64,000 nt of DNA from a candidate division FCPU426 bacterium (GTDB lineage Bacteria; Oederibacteriota; PGYV01; Palsa-1178), in assembly GCA_963840035.1 (NCBI GenBank), contig CAWIXE010000001.1, forward strand, positions 96,001-160,000, in the 5' to 3' direction. Of the stretch, positions 53,932 to 63,991 are shown one piece after another. Position 1 is the stretch's first letter, and each line of letters opens with the position of its first letter. The position numbers and the translations under genes are program-made. The notes below the pieces were generated by a model, which did no database searches, was not told the origin of the DNA, and saw nothing but the letters and a program-made list of their open reading frames with translations.

Positions 53932-55008
53932 TTACAGCGCCGACTGCAACGCCTCAAGCGTCCCGTGGTCTATCCTGTCGTTGCCGTAGTTTTCGTTATC
54001 CTTGTACTGCTCGGTCACATCTATTACACCGAAGTCCATATTTTTATAGCTCCAGTACGCGAAGGATATGTCATATTTTTTAACAAGGGCCATGAAGTCG
54101 GAAAGCCAGTTAACCCTGGCTTTTTTATCCGCAAGCACCACAGCCCCGAACTCGCCGCAGTACACGGGCACGTTGTATTTTGCCTTGAAGTCCAGCACCG
54201 GCTTTATGCGCTTCTCAAGCTCGTTTATGTCCCAGTACTTGTCGTTTTCCCGGAGCGACTCCGCCATCTTATCGTCCTTTTTTGCTATCTCCTCAATTAC
54301 TCCGGCCAAACCCTCGGGCCTGCCCGGGTAGGCAACTGCTTTCTTATAAATATTATGCATGACATATGACATCCATGGCGCGAACTGGTGCGTAATTAAT
54401 ACCGGCTCGTAAAAATGGAAACTGTATATGATTTTATTATCGTCAAATTTTTTGAGCCCGGCAAAATTCTCGCACGTGCCCCAGAGATTTGATTCCAGTA
54501 TTATGCTGTGCTGCTTATCCCTGGTCCTTATCACCTCAATGGCCTCGTCGTAAAGGTCATTGCAGTCCCCCGGCTCCGGCGCCACAGGTTCGTTTAAAAG
54601 CTCATGGGCAAATTTTTCCCTCGAAGCGTACCTTTTCGCGAACATTTCCCATATGGCCAAAAACCTTTTCCTGCTCTCGGACTTTTTATCCCAGATGTTG
54701 TTGCCGAAGCGCTCCTTAAAATCAAAGGAATGGCCCGGCGCCTTATGAAGGTCTAAAACCGTATAAAGCCCCGCCTTTTCCGCGGCGGACAAGAAGTTAT
54801 CAATGCGCTTTAACCTGGATTCGTCGTATTTATAGGGCTCTGTTTCAAAAAAGAAATTATCCACGGGCAGCCTGACGCTGTTAAACCCCCATTTTTTTAT
54901 CTGCTTTAAATCCGCGTCCGTAATAAAGGCATCCAGGTGCTTATCCGTGAATACGTCATCCTTAACCTGTGAAAAATATCCGCCAATATTCAAACCCTGT
55001 AATTTCAT
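53932..55008 (-). CDS. GH5 glycoside hydrolase (CelC-like, no signal peptide)
   Basis: VRLP, LDLHKAPG, ELLNEP (acid/base), FHFYEP, YCGEFG (nucleophile), WSYK. Confidence 0.92.
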   Translation of the reverse strand: MKLQGLNIGGYFSQVKDDVFTDKHLDAFITDADLKQIKKWGFNSVRLPVDNFFFETEPYKYDESRLKRIDNFLSAAEKAGLYTVLDLHKAPGHSFDFKERFGNNIWDKKSESRKRFLAIWEMFAKRYASREKFAHELLNEPVAPEPGDCNDLYDEAIEVIRTRDKQHSIILESNLWGTCENFAGLKKFDDNKIIYSFHFYEPVLITHQFAPWMSYVMHNIYKKAVAYPGRPEGLAGVIEEIAKKDDKMAESLRENDKYWDINELEKRIKPVLDFKAKYNVPVYCGEFGAVVLADKKARVNWLSDFMALVKKYDISFAYWSYKNMDFGVIDVTEQYKDNENYGNDRIDHGTLEALQSAL

Positions 55009-55249
55009 GTTATTCTCCTCATCAATAATTAATCCCCCGGCCATGCCGGGGTCACCTTTACCTTCCCCTTTCCAAGGGGAAGGCCAGGATGGGGATAGCC
55101 CTGAATTGGTCCTAAGGTATTTTATATTTATACCCGCCTTTAATCAAGCCTATATGCCAACAAAAAGCGTTTTTATTTTTACTTGAAAATCACGGTTTCA
55201 TGCATTATAATGATACCAGTTTGATTCTGAATTTTAAAGGAGTCCTAAA

Positions 55250-55609
55250 ATGCCGGTAAGCATCATCGAACATAAAGGCAAGAAAATACTTTACACGGAT
55301 TTTTCAAACATAAGGGTAGCGGAAGAGATGATGAAAATAGCCCTGGAATCCGACAGGATGTACCAGCTTTACGGCAATAATGTCAGGCACCTGATGAACT
55401 TCGAGAACGCCGTGACATCGCCCGAATTTTTTGAAAAATCAAAACAGCTCGGCAAAAAGAACGTATCAAAATGCTATAAGGACGCTTTCTACGGCATCAC
55501 CAGCCTAAAGGGAGTGCTTTTAAAAGGCTACCTTATGTTCACCCAGGCCGAAAGACAGGCAAAATCATTTGACAGCCTGGAAAAGGCAAAGGACTGGCTG
55601 GCGGAATAG
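55250..55609 (+). CDS. Hypothetical protein, STAS/SEC14-like
   Basis: HKGKKILYTDFS; FDSLEKAKDWL; AAGGAG RBS. Confidence 0.75.
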   Translation: MPVSIIEHKGKKILYTDFSNIRVAEEMMKIALESDRMYQLYGNNVRHLMNFENAVTSPEFFEKSKQLGKKNVSKCYKDAFYGITSLKGVLLKGYLMFTQAERQAKSFDSLEKAKDWLAE

Positions 55610-55610
55610 A

Positions 55611-55684
55611 ACTAATTACTAATTACAAATAAAGGAATAGCCGGGCTAAAGCCCGGCTATTCCTTTATTTGTAATTAGTAATTC
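55611..55684. terminator. Long palindrome (heptamer arms plus GC hairpin); bidirectional terminator
   Basis: ACTAATTACAAATAAAGGAATAGCCGGGC-TAAA-GCCCGGCTATTCCTTTATTTGTAATTAGT. Confidence 0.8.
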
Positions 55685-56736
55685 TACTTGAGGTCATTTA
55701 ACCGCGTGGCAGGTTCATTATACCTTCTGTAAACAGCCGTCGGCGTGGTGAAATAAAAGAGCCTGCTGAATAACGGAACCCTGCTCATCCAGAAGAGTAT
55801 GGGGTAGGTCAGGAATACCGCGGCAAGGTCAAAAGCGTACCATATAATATTGAAAACCACTTCCCCGTTCATATGGATTGTTTCCGCCAGTTTATAGGAA
55901 TAGGGCTGCAGTATGGTTCCCGCCGCTCCGAATAAAAATATCCACAGCGGCACCACGAACAAATAGGCGCCCTGTATGGCTTTCTGCGGGCAGTAAGCTA
56001 TGCAGCGCTCGCACGATTCGCACTTATATGTCCAGTAAGGTGTTGGATTGTTTTTCCCCAGCATCTTAATGGCGGCAAAGGGGCAGAACTTGGCGCACAA
56101 GCCGCATGAGTTGCACCTGTGGTCAGCGAACATTACCTTTGATAAAAAGAGCCTTCCTATTAATATATAACCAAGGCTTAGCGGCGCCAAAATGATGCCG
56201 AAGAGCACAAAGACAAGCCCCAAATATTTTTTCCTGCCTTCAATCACGTCGCCTACCAGCTTCTGCGTCTTAATCCTCGACCTTTCCTCAAACCAGTCAG
56301 TATGCTTTCTGGTCAATCCCCAGTGAATTACCAGCCAGTTGCTTGGCATGTCAAGGCCCATGGTGGCGCGGATGTCGTAGCCTTTAAGCGCGAGTATGAG
56401 CCCTATTATAACGGCGGCGGTGCCTTCCAGCCCCGGCAAATACCACGGCCCTAAAAGCCACCCTGCCCTGCAAGCGGAAATCAGGACATGCGTCCCCTTT
56501 GCCTTCGGCATTTTTAGCGCAAACCTTATCATGCCCCACGGCGCGGTAAAGCCGTGGGTGGGCAAAAACATTCCCAGCAGCGTATCAGGCGATATTTCCC
56601 TTTTTGGGTCGGCGTTTTCAATGGGCATGGAAACAGCCTCTATTCCCCTGCTTTTTGCCGTTTCTTCGGCCCAGATGGACGCCCGGTATGAGTTTCCCGT
56701 GCCTGACATGACGTAAAATACCGCTTTTTTGTACAT
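55684..56736 (-). CDS. EFR1-family flavodoxin-fold/2[4Fe-4S] ferredoxin membrane protein
   Basis: SGTGNS, MPSNW, CNSCGLCAKFCP, CESCERCIAYCP. Confidence 0.88.
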   Translation of the reverse strand: MYKKAVFYVMSGTGNSYRASIWAEETAKSRGIEAVSMPIENADPKREISPDTLLGMFLPTHGFTAPWGMIRFALKMPKAKGTHVLISACRAGWLLGPWYLPGLEGTAAVIIGLILALKGYDIRATMGLDMPSNWLVIHWGLTRKHTDWFEERSRIKTQKLVGDVIEGRKKYLGLVFVLFGIILAPLSLGYILIGRLFLSKVMFADHRCNSCGLCAKFCPFAAIKMLGKNNPTPYWTYKCESCERCIAYCPQKAIQGAYLFVVPLWIFLFGAAGTILQPYSYKLAETIHMNGEVVFNIIWYAFDLAAVFLTYPILFWMSRVPLFSRLFYFTTPTAVYRRYNEPATRLNDLK

Positions 56737-56762
56737 GAACCCTCCATTATTAACCACGGATT

Positions 56763-56869
56763 GTCATTGCGAGGAGCGGGACCTTCCGCGACGAAGCAAT
56801 CTTGCTGTTTTAAGGATTCAAACGAGATTGCTTCGTCACCATAATACAAAAACGGTTCCTCGCAATGAC
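56763..56869. repeat. GTCATTGCGAGGAG-type palindromic element
   Basis: Homologous to 52928-53040. Confidence 0.9.
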
Positions 56870-56971
56870 GACAAATATAGTGTGTCCCTCACTAAAAAAC
56901 CCGTAATAATTATATCAGAATATATGAACATTTAATTGGATTTTTTCGTTTAAACGTGCTAATATATAACC

Positions 56972-58198
56972 ATGACAAATGAAAACAATGAAAATTTTTC
57001 AGGTTTAGGGATCGCACCGGGTATTCTTGACATCATCGCAAAACTCGAGTTTACAATACCCACACCCATTCAGCAGAAGGCCATACCCGTAGCTGTTGAG
57101 GGCAAAGACGTTATCGGCATAGCCCAGACAGGCACGGGAAAGACCCTTGCGTTCGGCATTCCCATGGTACAGCGCCTGGCCCAGTCAAATGACCACGGCC
57201 TCATCGTTGTCCCCACCAGGGAGCTTGCCATGCAGGTTAATGAAACCATGATGAAGCTCGCCCCCGCCTTTAAAATCAAGACAGTCCTTTTAATGGGCGG
57301 CGACAACATGGCAAAACAGATACATACCTTAAGGCAGAATCCCAGGATAATCATAGCGACTCCGGGCAGGCTCATCGACCACATGGAAAGGCGCACCATA
57401 AAGCTTGACACTGTGCGCATACTTGTCCTTGACGAGGCTGACCGCATGCTTGACATGGGATTTTTGCCGCAGATTAACACCATACTCAGGGCAGTACCCA
57501 AGGAAAGGCAGACCATGCTTTTCTCCGCTACCATGCCCGGAGACATAGTAAGGATAGCGGCGCAGCACATGAAGCTTCCGGTACGCACGGAGATCGCGCC
57601 TCAGGGCACGGCTGCCGAGCTTGTTTCGCAGGAAATATACGTTGTGCGCGGCGACTTAAAGACTGTCATACTCCAGGAAATCCTCAAACAATACACCGGC
57701 TCTGTTCTCCTGTTTACCAGGACTAAAAGGGGCGCGGCAAAAGTCACCCGCAGTTTAAGGAACTTAAACCTTTCGGCCACCGAAATTCACTCTGACCGCT
57801 CCATGGGCCAGCGCAAGGAAGCATTGCAGGGATTTAAATCAGGAAAGTTCAGGGTCCTCGTGGCCACTGACATAGCTGCCCGCGGCATAGACGTGGACGG
57901 CATAGAACTCGTTATTAATTACGACCTGCCTGATGACCCTTCAAATTATGTCCACAGGATAGGCAGGACAGGAAGGGCCGGCAGAAAAGGCCACGCGATA
58001 TCCATTGCCACGCCTGACCAGGCAAGCGAAGTAAAGTCCATTGAAAAAATAATAAGGTCGACCATACCGGTATCCACCCACCCGAACGTGAAGACAGAAA
58101 CATTTGCGGGTTCGGGCCTGCTCCCGTCAAGAAGCTCAAGCCTTGTCTTTTCAAGCTCCAGGGGCAGGAGCGGGCGCATAAACAAGTGGAAAAGGTAA
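56972..58198 (+). CDS. DEAD-box RNA helicase (RhlE-like)
   Basis: PTPIQ, AQTGTGKT, PTRELA, DEAD, SAT, HRIGRTGR. Confidence 0.96.
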   Translation: MTNENNENFSGLGIAPGILDIIAKLEFTIPTPIQQKAIPVAVEGKDVIGIAQTGTGKTLAFGIPMVQRLAQSNDHGLIVVPTRELAMQVNETMMKLAPAFKIKTVLLMGGDNMAKQIHTLRQNPRIIIATPGRLIDHMERRTIKLDTVRILVLDEADRMLDMGFLPQINTILRAVPKERQTMLFSATMPGDIVRIAAQHMKLPVRTEIAPQGTAAELVSQEIYVVRGDLKTVILQEILKQYTGSVLLFTRTKRGAAKVTRSLRNLNLSATEIHSDRSMGQRKEALQGFKSGKFRVLVATDIAARGIDVDGIELVINYDLPDDPSNYVHRIGRTGRAGRKGHAISIATPDQASEVKSIEKIIRSTIPVSTHPNVKTETFAGSGLLPSRSSSLVFSSSRGRSGRINKWKR

Positions 58199-58202
58199 TA
58201 AA

Positions 58203-58329
58203 CTAATTTCTGATTTCTTATTCCTGATTTATAATTGGGGACATAAATAAAACAAAAAGACGCGGAATCAACCGCGTCTTTTTTGTTTTATTCCGATAAT
58301 TAGAAATTATAAATCAGAAATTAGAAATC
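58203..58329. terminator. Bidirectional terminator within inverted heptamer arms
   Basis: AAAACAAAAAGACGCGG..CCGCGTCTTTTTTGTTTT flanked by ATTTCTR / YAGAAAT repeats. Confidence 0.8.
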
Positions 58330-58333
58330 CGCC

Positions 58334-58684
58334 TTACACGTTTCTCTTAAAAAAGTACAACCCCGCCGTTAAAACCGCGCCGATTATTATTATCCACATC
58401 GTATCCTGGACTATATACGGGTACACTTCTAGCAGCACGCCTATCACTATGTAGGCGGCGTTCGACTTGTTTTTTCCCAGGATAAAGGCAAATACCCCGA
58501 CCGAATTAAAAATGAGCGCCCAGATGAGCGAGGCTGAGGAAAGGCCTTTGCTCACGGACTCGGCGCTGATGGGCGATGCCGCCGCAACCGGTGTTGTGGT
58601 AATTCCCAGCGCGTCGCTCATGTCATCCGCGTACGCAAAACCTGCAAGTAACAACAACACAACAGCCATAATTATTTTTTTCAT
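58334..58684 (-). CDS. Small membrane protein
   Basis: Signal peptide plus 3 hydrophobic segments. Confidence 0.75.
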   Translation of the reverse strand: MKKIIMAVVLLLLAGFAYADDMSDALGITTTPVAAASPISAESVSKGLSSASLIWALIFNSVGVFAFILGKNKSNAAYIVIGVLLEVYPYIVQDTMWIIIIGAVLTAGLYFFKRNV

Positions 58685-58696
58685 ATTATCCGCCTT

Positions 58697-59305
58697 TTAA
58701 AAACCGTATTTGAATGCAAGTGTGAATATTAAAGAACGGTCATTATATCTCAGAAAACCGCCCGTGGATTCCACAATCCCGAGGTCGTATGCCTTTACCT
58801 TATCCGCGTAAAGCCATTCGCAGGTGACTCCTGCGAGAAAAGTAAATCTTTCGTCCATTATTTTATAATACCTCATTGCCAGCTCGGCCTGCATGCCCAT
58901 GCCGTCATAAGCTGCCGGTATCAGCACCATATCGAACAAGCCTGCATAATTTTTTGTCGCTTTTATATAGGCCGGGCCGATGCCAAACCCTATGGATACA
59001 CCCCATTTTTCATCCGCCGTCACGGGCAGCTCCGCCACAGCCAGGACAGGCAAAATGAAATTATAATAATTATAATCCGGGGTAATCAGCGTGTAATACG
59101 CCGGGCTTATTTTTATGCCGGCATTCACCGGCCCTGCTGTAATTGAAAACTCCAGGCTTCCCCGCATTTTTCCCGCCGTATACCCGGTGTTTACTGCGTT
59201 TAATACCGCGCCATACCCCATATCTCCGGTGATGTAAATACCAGCTTCAGCCAAAACAGCCAGAGGCAGCATAATTGCCGCGAATATTAGTAATGCTTTT
59301 TTCAT
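58697..59305 (-). CDS. Putative small outer-membrane beta-barrel
   Basis: Signal peptide; amphipathic strands; C-terminal FKYGF. Confidence 0.65.
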   Translation of the reverse strand: MKKALLIFAAIMLPLAVLAEAGIYITGDMGYGAVLNAVNTGYTAGKMRGSLEFSITAGPVNAGIKISPAYYTLITPDYNYYNFILPVLAVAELPVTADEKWGVSIGFGIGPAYIKATKNYAGLFDMVLIPAAYDGMGMQAELAMRYYKIMDERFTFLAGVTCEWLYADKVKAYDLGIVESTGGFLRYNDRSLIFTLAFKYGF

Positions 59306-60129
59306 TGCGCCGGCACTTCCCTGTTTATCCCGTGGTACTTGTCATAGCACGCCTGCACCAGCTCCGGCAGGACTACCGCGTTTTCCTTCTGCATGGATAT
59401 CGTGGTGAACGTCTTTGAGTTTCCGTCATTATCCTTGTAAACATATACCAGCCCGTCGGCATACTGCGGTATGTAAACCCTGTCCGCCCACTTTACTTCC
59501 TCAATGCCGCCGAACAGCTTTTTTCTGGAGTAGCCGTCTTTTGTAAATTCCACAGGCCCTATCTTTACCGGCCTGCCGTTGGAAAATATTTCCCTTACCA
59601 TGCCGGATATGATATGCGGTTCTATGTATATCTTCGACATTTCAATGAGTTTTACGTATATTTCCTTCATCTTGTCGTTGCCGATGTAAAAAGCGGATGC
59701 AAAACTTACGGTAAACTTCCCTTCAGTGCCGTTTATCCCGAAAATATACGACTGGCTGGAGGGTATTCCGTGGACGGATAAGCTGGTGGTTATGTAAAGC
59801 ACACCCTGGATATTCTTGTAATAATATGATTTTCCCTTATACTCAAGGAAATCCTTTTTATACACAATGGATTTTTTGCCCATTCCGGGAATTGCCACTG
59901 ACGGATGCGCCGCGTTGCTCAAATCAGCCGCTGCCTGCTGCTGAGCGTGGGCAAAACCCGTGTGTTCATGGCTTACATTGGGCCTGCGCAGCGTCTGCCA
60001 TGTGATGAACCCCATAAGCGCCATAACCCCGGCGCCTGCCGCGATATTGGTCTCTCCGCCTTTGATAAACAAATAAACGCTTAACGCCGCTGCCGCAAGC
60101 CATAAAAGCCCTAATTGTATTTTGTTCAT
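59302..60129 (-). CDS. Hypothetical membrane-anchored protein
   Basis: Two N-terminal TMs and a soluble domain; coupled to the next gene. Confidence 0.75.
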   Translation of the reverse strand: MNKIQLGLLWLAAAALSVYLFIKGGETNIAAGAGVMALMGFITWQTLRRPNVSHEHTGFAHAQQQAAADLSNAAHPSVAIPGMGKKSIVYKKDFLEYKGKSYYYKNIQGVLYITTSLSVHGIPSSQSYIFGINGTEGKFTVSFASAFYIGNDKMKEIYVKLIEMSKIYIEPHIISGMVREIFSNGRPVKIGPVEFTKDGYSRKKLFGGIEEVKWADRVYIPQYADGLVYVYKDNDGNSKTFTTISMQKENAVVLPELVQACYDKYHGINREVPAQ

Positions 60130-60253
60130 GGATATGCCACCTGCCTCAGATAATATACGGTATCTTTAATCAGTCCCTTAACTGCCATTATTATATTACA
60201 ACCGGAGGTTTTTTTCAATCGATGATAAGCCATGGGCAAGGTAAAACAATCTT

Positions 60254-60967
60254 TTACTTATACAGCCCTTCATAATAAGACGCCGTCGGGATGCCCAGTT
60301 CCAGCTCTTTTTGTGTAAGTTTTCCGTAGTATACGTCCATGTTTGCCTTCGGCTTATATTCCCCGGATAAGAGCAGCTTTATCCTTCTGACCCTCTCGGC
60401 GTTGCCCTCAGGGTTTTTGACCGGGGAAAAAGCGGCCGGTGATATTACCATTGCCAGAAGCGACAGGTACTGGTCGTCGGTTATGCTTTTAAAATCCTTT
60501 TTAAAATATGTTTTTGCCGCGTCTTCAAAACCGTATACTGGCGTGCCATAAGGGTTGCCCAGGTAGACCATGTTGATGAAGAGTTTAAGCTGCGTATCTT
60601 TCGGGGTTAACGCGTTAAATGCGTATCTGGCAATCAGGGTCTGCCTGACCTTCGCGAAACCCGGCTGAAATTTCTTGAAATAAAGCAGCTTTACCAGCCC
60701 CTGCGATATGGTCGTTATTCCCGCGCCCGGCGTCTTAAAGTCCACGCCCCTGTGTTTATAAAATGCCGGGTCCTCCACCTTAAGCAGCGCGTCGATCCTG
60801 TACTGTGAAAAATCCGTGATCTCAAGGGCCATTTTGTTCTTCGCCATGGCCTCCGCCACTATTTTAGGGGTATTCTGGGCGGCAATAACCAGGTCAAAAC
60901 AAAGCCACATAATGACAAGCGCGAGCATCACTGTGAGAGTATTCGCAAAAATTTTTATGATCTTCAT
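60254..60967 (-). CDS. Stand-alone GT51 transglycosylase-domain protein
   Basis: VEDPAFYKHRGVD; TTISQGLVK; FINMVYLG; YGFEDAAKTYF. Confidence 0.88.
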   Translation of the reverse strand: MKIIKIFANTLTVMLALVIMWLCFDLVIAAQNTPKIVAEAMAKNKMALEITDFSQYRIDALLKVEDPAFYKHRGVDFKTPGAGITTISQGLVKLLYFKKFQPGFAKVRQTLIARYAFNALTPKDTQLKLFINMVYLGNPYGTPVYGFEDAAKTYFKKDFKSITDDQYLSLLAMVISPAAFSPVKNPEGNAERVRRIKLLLSGEYKPKANMDVYYGKLTQKELELGIPTASYYEGLYK

Positions 60968-61014
60968 TTGTCCCTGCCTTATCCATTATTTGTCATTAGT
61001 AATTGGTAATTATT

Positions 61015-62898
61015 CTATTTCTCCCCGTGTTTAAAAACCCCGTGCCAGTTGGCCATGAAGCCCCTGTCTTCGGCAAGCTTTATCAGTTCGACAAGCCGCT
61101 GTATGTATATGTCGAAAATAGGGTCATGGCAGTTCCTGTCTTTTTTTCTGCACGTGTCGAGCTCGGCATTTAGCGACATGAAGGCTTTCAGGGCCTTTGG
61201 AAAATCACCGGCTTTATAGAGCCTTACCGCGCTCTTGTATTCCTTCATGGTGGCCTTCTTAAAATCAACAACCGCCGGGTCCTGCCCGTTTAAGACCTCA
61301 TATATTTCCACGGGCCTTTGTTTTCCCTTTACCGTGATAAGGTCCAGATAGCGGAGTTCAAAAGAGGAATCAAGCTCCTCCCTCATGATATCCGATATTA
61401 TTATGTCTGAATGGTAATACTTGGTGAGCGACTCAAGCCTGGAGGCAAGGTTCACCCCGTCGCCGATAATAGTGCGGTCCATCTTTGTGTCAGCGGTGCC
61501 GATATTTCCTTCCACGACCTCGTCATAGTTTATCCCTATGCCCATGCGAAATTCAAAGCCCATGCCAGGCAGAAGGCTGCTCCCCTCTTCCTTAAGGAGC
61601 CTGTTCATCTCTATGGCCGCCCTTACCGCGTCTGAAGGCTCGGGAAATACCGCCATGATGGCGTCGCCTATGTACTTGTCTATCTCGCCCGAATTATCCG
61701 TAATCGGGCCGCTCATCTTATAAAAATAGGAATTCAGGAACCTGGTAAGGGCGATGGGGTCGAGCTCCTCTGTTATGGAGGCGAAATCCCTGATGTCGGA
61801 AAAAAGTATGGCCACGCTTTTGCGCTTCGGCGAGAATTCCAGCGGGTTTCCGCCGGCGTATATCTCATCAAGGATGGCGTTGCGCATATATATTTTGATT
61901 ATGTCATCCCTCTTTGTGACTTCCTCAAGGGACTTTTCAAGTTCGTTCTTGGAATTAACCGCGTCCCTGAATTTGTCCTCGGTCATCTGCAGGTGCTTTT
62001 CAAGGAAGACCACCATCTGCCTGTTTGACATCTTCTCGCCGATATAGAAACGTTTCTTATAGGATACGCGGAAGACGCAGTAAGGCGCGTTATATATTTC
62101 GCCCTCATGGAAAATGGTATTGTCGCCGGACCTGTAATTTTTTACCACAGCAAGGGCGTTTGACTCCGCTTCGGGGCACAGGTCGTGTATCCTGCCGAAA
62201 TAATTTTCATTTTCTATCATGGGTTTTAACTTCACCCAGCGCGCGATAAGATTTCCTTTCATGTGAAAGCCGGCCGAGTCATAGAAATACTCTTCAGGCT
62301 TCATCCCGTAACAGCCTTCCGCTATCACATCCAGCGGCATGGAGCATATATCATGTTTTACATTGCATACGTAATCGTAGTCATCCTTTAACCTCGGCAT
62401 GGAAGTGATGACTCCCGTGTGGTAATTGCACTCGCCGCCTACGGAATACGCGTCCCTGGATTCACGGTTAAAGGCCTCACTTTTATATATGATCTCGCCT
62501 TTCCTCCGGCTTATAATCTCATAACCGCACCATTTTGCCATGTTGGGAAGGTACTTCGGCAGGCTCTTAAAAAGCATGTCCATGGGCATCAGTTTAAATA
62601 TTACCTTATAAAATCCAGGCGCGCCTTTTCCATAGACTTCCTCCCCGACTGTTTTCCAGTCATGGTGGGTAAAACCCGGAACCGACCGCTGACAGTTGTA
62701 ATAAAGCCGGAAAGTCTGCTTGTTATTAAGCCAGTTTGCGCCGTTTTTAAGGTAGTCCATATTAAAATCAAGGCCGGCCAAAATTTGCTCCACCGGCACC
62801 CTTTTCTTTTTTATGAAATAATTTGCCACATGCATGGCGTTAACGCACGACATCCGAAGCTCTGAATCCCTGCATTCCATATTTGACTTAACGGCCAT
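61015..62898 (-). CDS. Class III adenylate cyclase with uncharacterised N-terminal sensor
   Basis: ILFSDIRDF, DKYIGDAIMA, TIIGDGVNLASRLE, VKGK. Confidence 0.92.
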   Translation of the reverse strand: MAVKSNMECRDSELRMSCVNAMHVANYFIKKKRVPVEQILAGLDFNMDYLKNGANWLNNKQTFRLYYNCQRSVPGFTHHDWKTVGEEVYGKGAPGFYKVIFKLMPMDMLFKSLPKYLPNMAKWCGYEIISRRKGEIIYKSEAFNRESRDAYSVGGECNYHTGVITSMPRLKDDYDYVCNVKHDICSMPLDVIAEGCYGMKPEEYFYDSAGFHMKGNLIARWVKLKPMIENENYFGRIHDLCPEAESNALAVVKNYRSGDNTIFHEGEIYNAPYCVFRVSYKKRFYIGEKMSNRQMVVFLEKHLQMTEDKFRDAVNSKNELEKSLEEVTKRDDIIKIYMRNAILDEIYAGGNPLEFSPKRKSVAILFSDIRDFASITEELDPIALTRFLNSYFYKMSGPITDNSGEIDKYIGDAIMAVFPEPSDAVRAAIEMNRLLKEEGSSLLPGMGFEFRMGIGINYDEVVEGNIGTADTKMDRTIIGDGVNLASRLESLTKYYHSDIIISDIMREELDSSFELRYLDLITVKGKQRPVEIYEVLNGQDPAVVDFKKATMKEYKSAVRLYKAGDFPKALKAFMSLNAELDTCRKKDRNCHDPIFDIYIQRLVELIKLAEDRGFMANWHGVFKHGEK

Positions 62899-63025
62899 TT
62901 GCTGTCCTTTATAGGATTGATTCCTGATTTGACCAGGTTTGTTTTTGAACTACGCGGGTATTATACCACATGGCATGTTTTTTTGTCTTCAATTGAAAAT
63001 AGAAAATTGAAAATCGTAAATCGGC

Positions 63026-63991
63026 TTATTCTATACCTAAAGCCTTTTCAATCATATCCTCAAGCGAGCGCGAGGCGTTGATAGTGTATTTATAAGACGC
63101 TTCTTTAGCGTGGTTGTCCGCGTTTATCATGCAGGTCACTTCGTCTTTGCGTTCCTTCAGGGCTTTTATTACAAGCGGCCCGCAAAGGAATGATGTGCCC
63201 GGGTGTATAAAATCCGCGGTATACATGACGCCATAACCGGCGCCGTTCCTGGTAACCGAGTAATAAGGCTTGTGTTCCACTTCAAAACCCTCAGGTACGG
63301 TAACCGTTAGCGCCGCATTCCTGGCGATAGTCCGGCCGGGGTTTTCCATTTCAAGCTTGAACTCCCTTTTTTCACCGACTGACATTGACAACATTTCACC
63401 CGGTTTTTTTCCGTTAATCGACACTTTAAGGTCCATGCCGCCGGAGTGTTCGGGCCCTTCGGCTAACGCTTCTATAAGCCTGGCGTTCATGTCCTTTGAT
63501 TCCCTGTCAGCCAGGCGGGTCATTTCCACGACCACGTCCAGCAATTTTACAAGTATGAAAACAGAATAGGCGAAAAGCACTATGCTTGAAGTTATAGCCG
63601 CCGCCTTCCACGCACCGGGAAGTATGTAATAAAGCATGACCGCGAGCATTGAAGCCATCATGGGCCCGGCAAACCGCACCGCCGCGGTCTTAATATCGAG
63701 GAATTCAAGTTTAAAGTTTACTTCTTTTTTAATCTTCAGCTCCGCCTTTTCCATTTCCCTTAACTGCGCCTTAATCTGCTTTAAATCCCCCTTATGCAGG
63801 ACGTTGCCGCTGATAACGCCGCTTAAAAAATCCTGCTTGGCCTTCTCAGACTCGGCCTTCTGGTTCTCGTACTTTATTTTCAGCTTGTCTATGCCGCCCT
63901 GGTAAATGGAAAGAAGCAGCCCCAGCACGGGCACGACAAACCCGATAAGGGCTATGACAAGGTATCCAAAAAGCATCATCGCGTTGTCCAT
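63026..63991 (-). CDS. Hypothetical membrane protein with coiled coil and C-terminal Ig-like domain
   Basis: GGAGG RBS; 3 TMs; beta-rich tail. Confidence 0.75.
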   Translation of the reverse strand: MDNAMMLFGYLVIALIGFVVPVLGLLLSIYQGGIDKLKIKYENQKAESEKAKQDFLSGVISGNVLHKGDLKQIKAQLREMEKAELKIKKEVNFKLEFLDIKTAAVRFAGPMMASMLAVMLYYILPGAWKAAAITSSIVLFAYSVFILVKLLDVVVEMTRLADRESKDMNARLIEALAEGPEHSGGMDLKVSINGKKPGEMLSMSVGEKREFKLEMENPGRTIARNAALTVTVPEGFEVEHKPYYSVTRNGAGYGVMYTADFIHPGTSFLCGPLVIKALKERKDEVTCMINADNHAKEASYKYTINASRSLEDMIEKALGIE

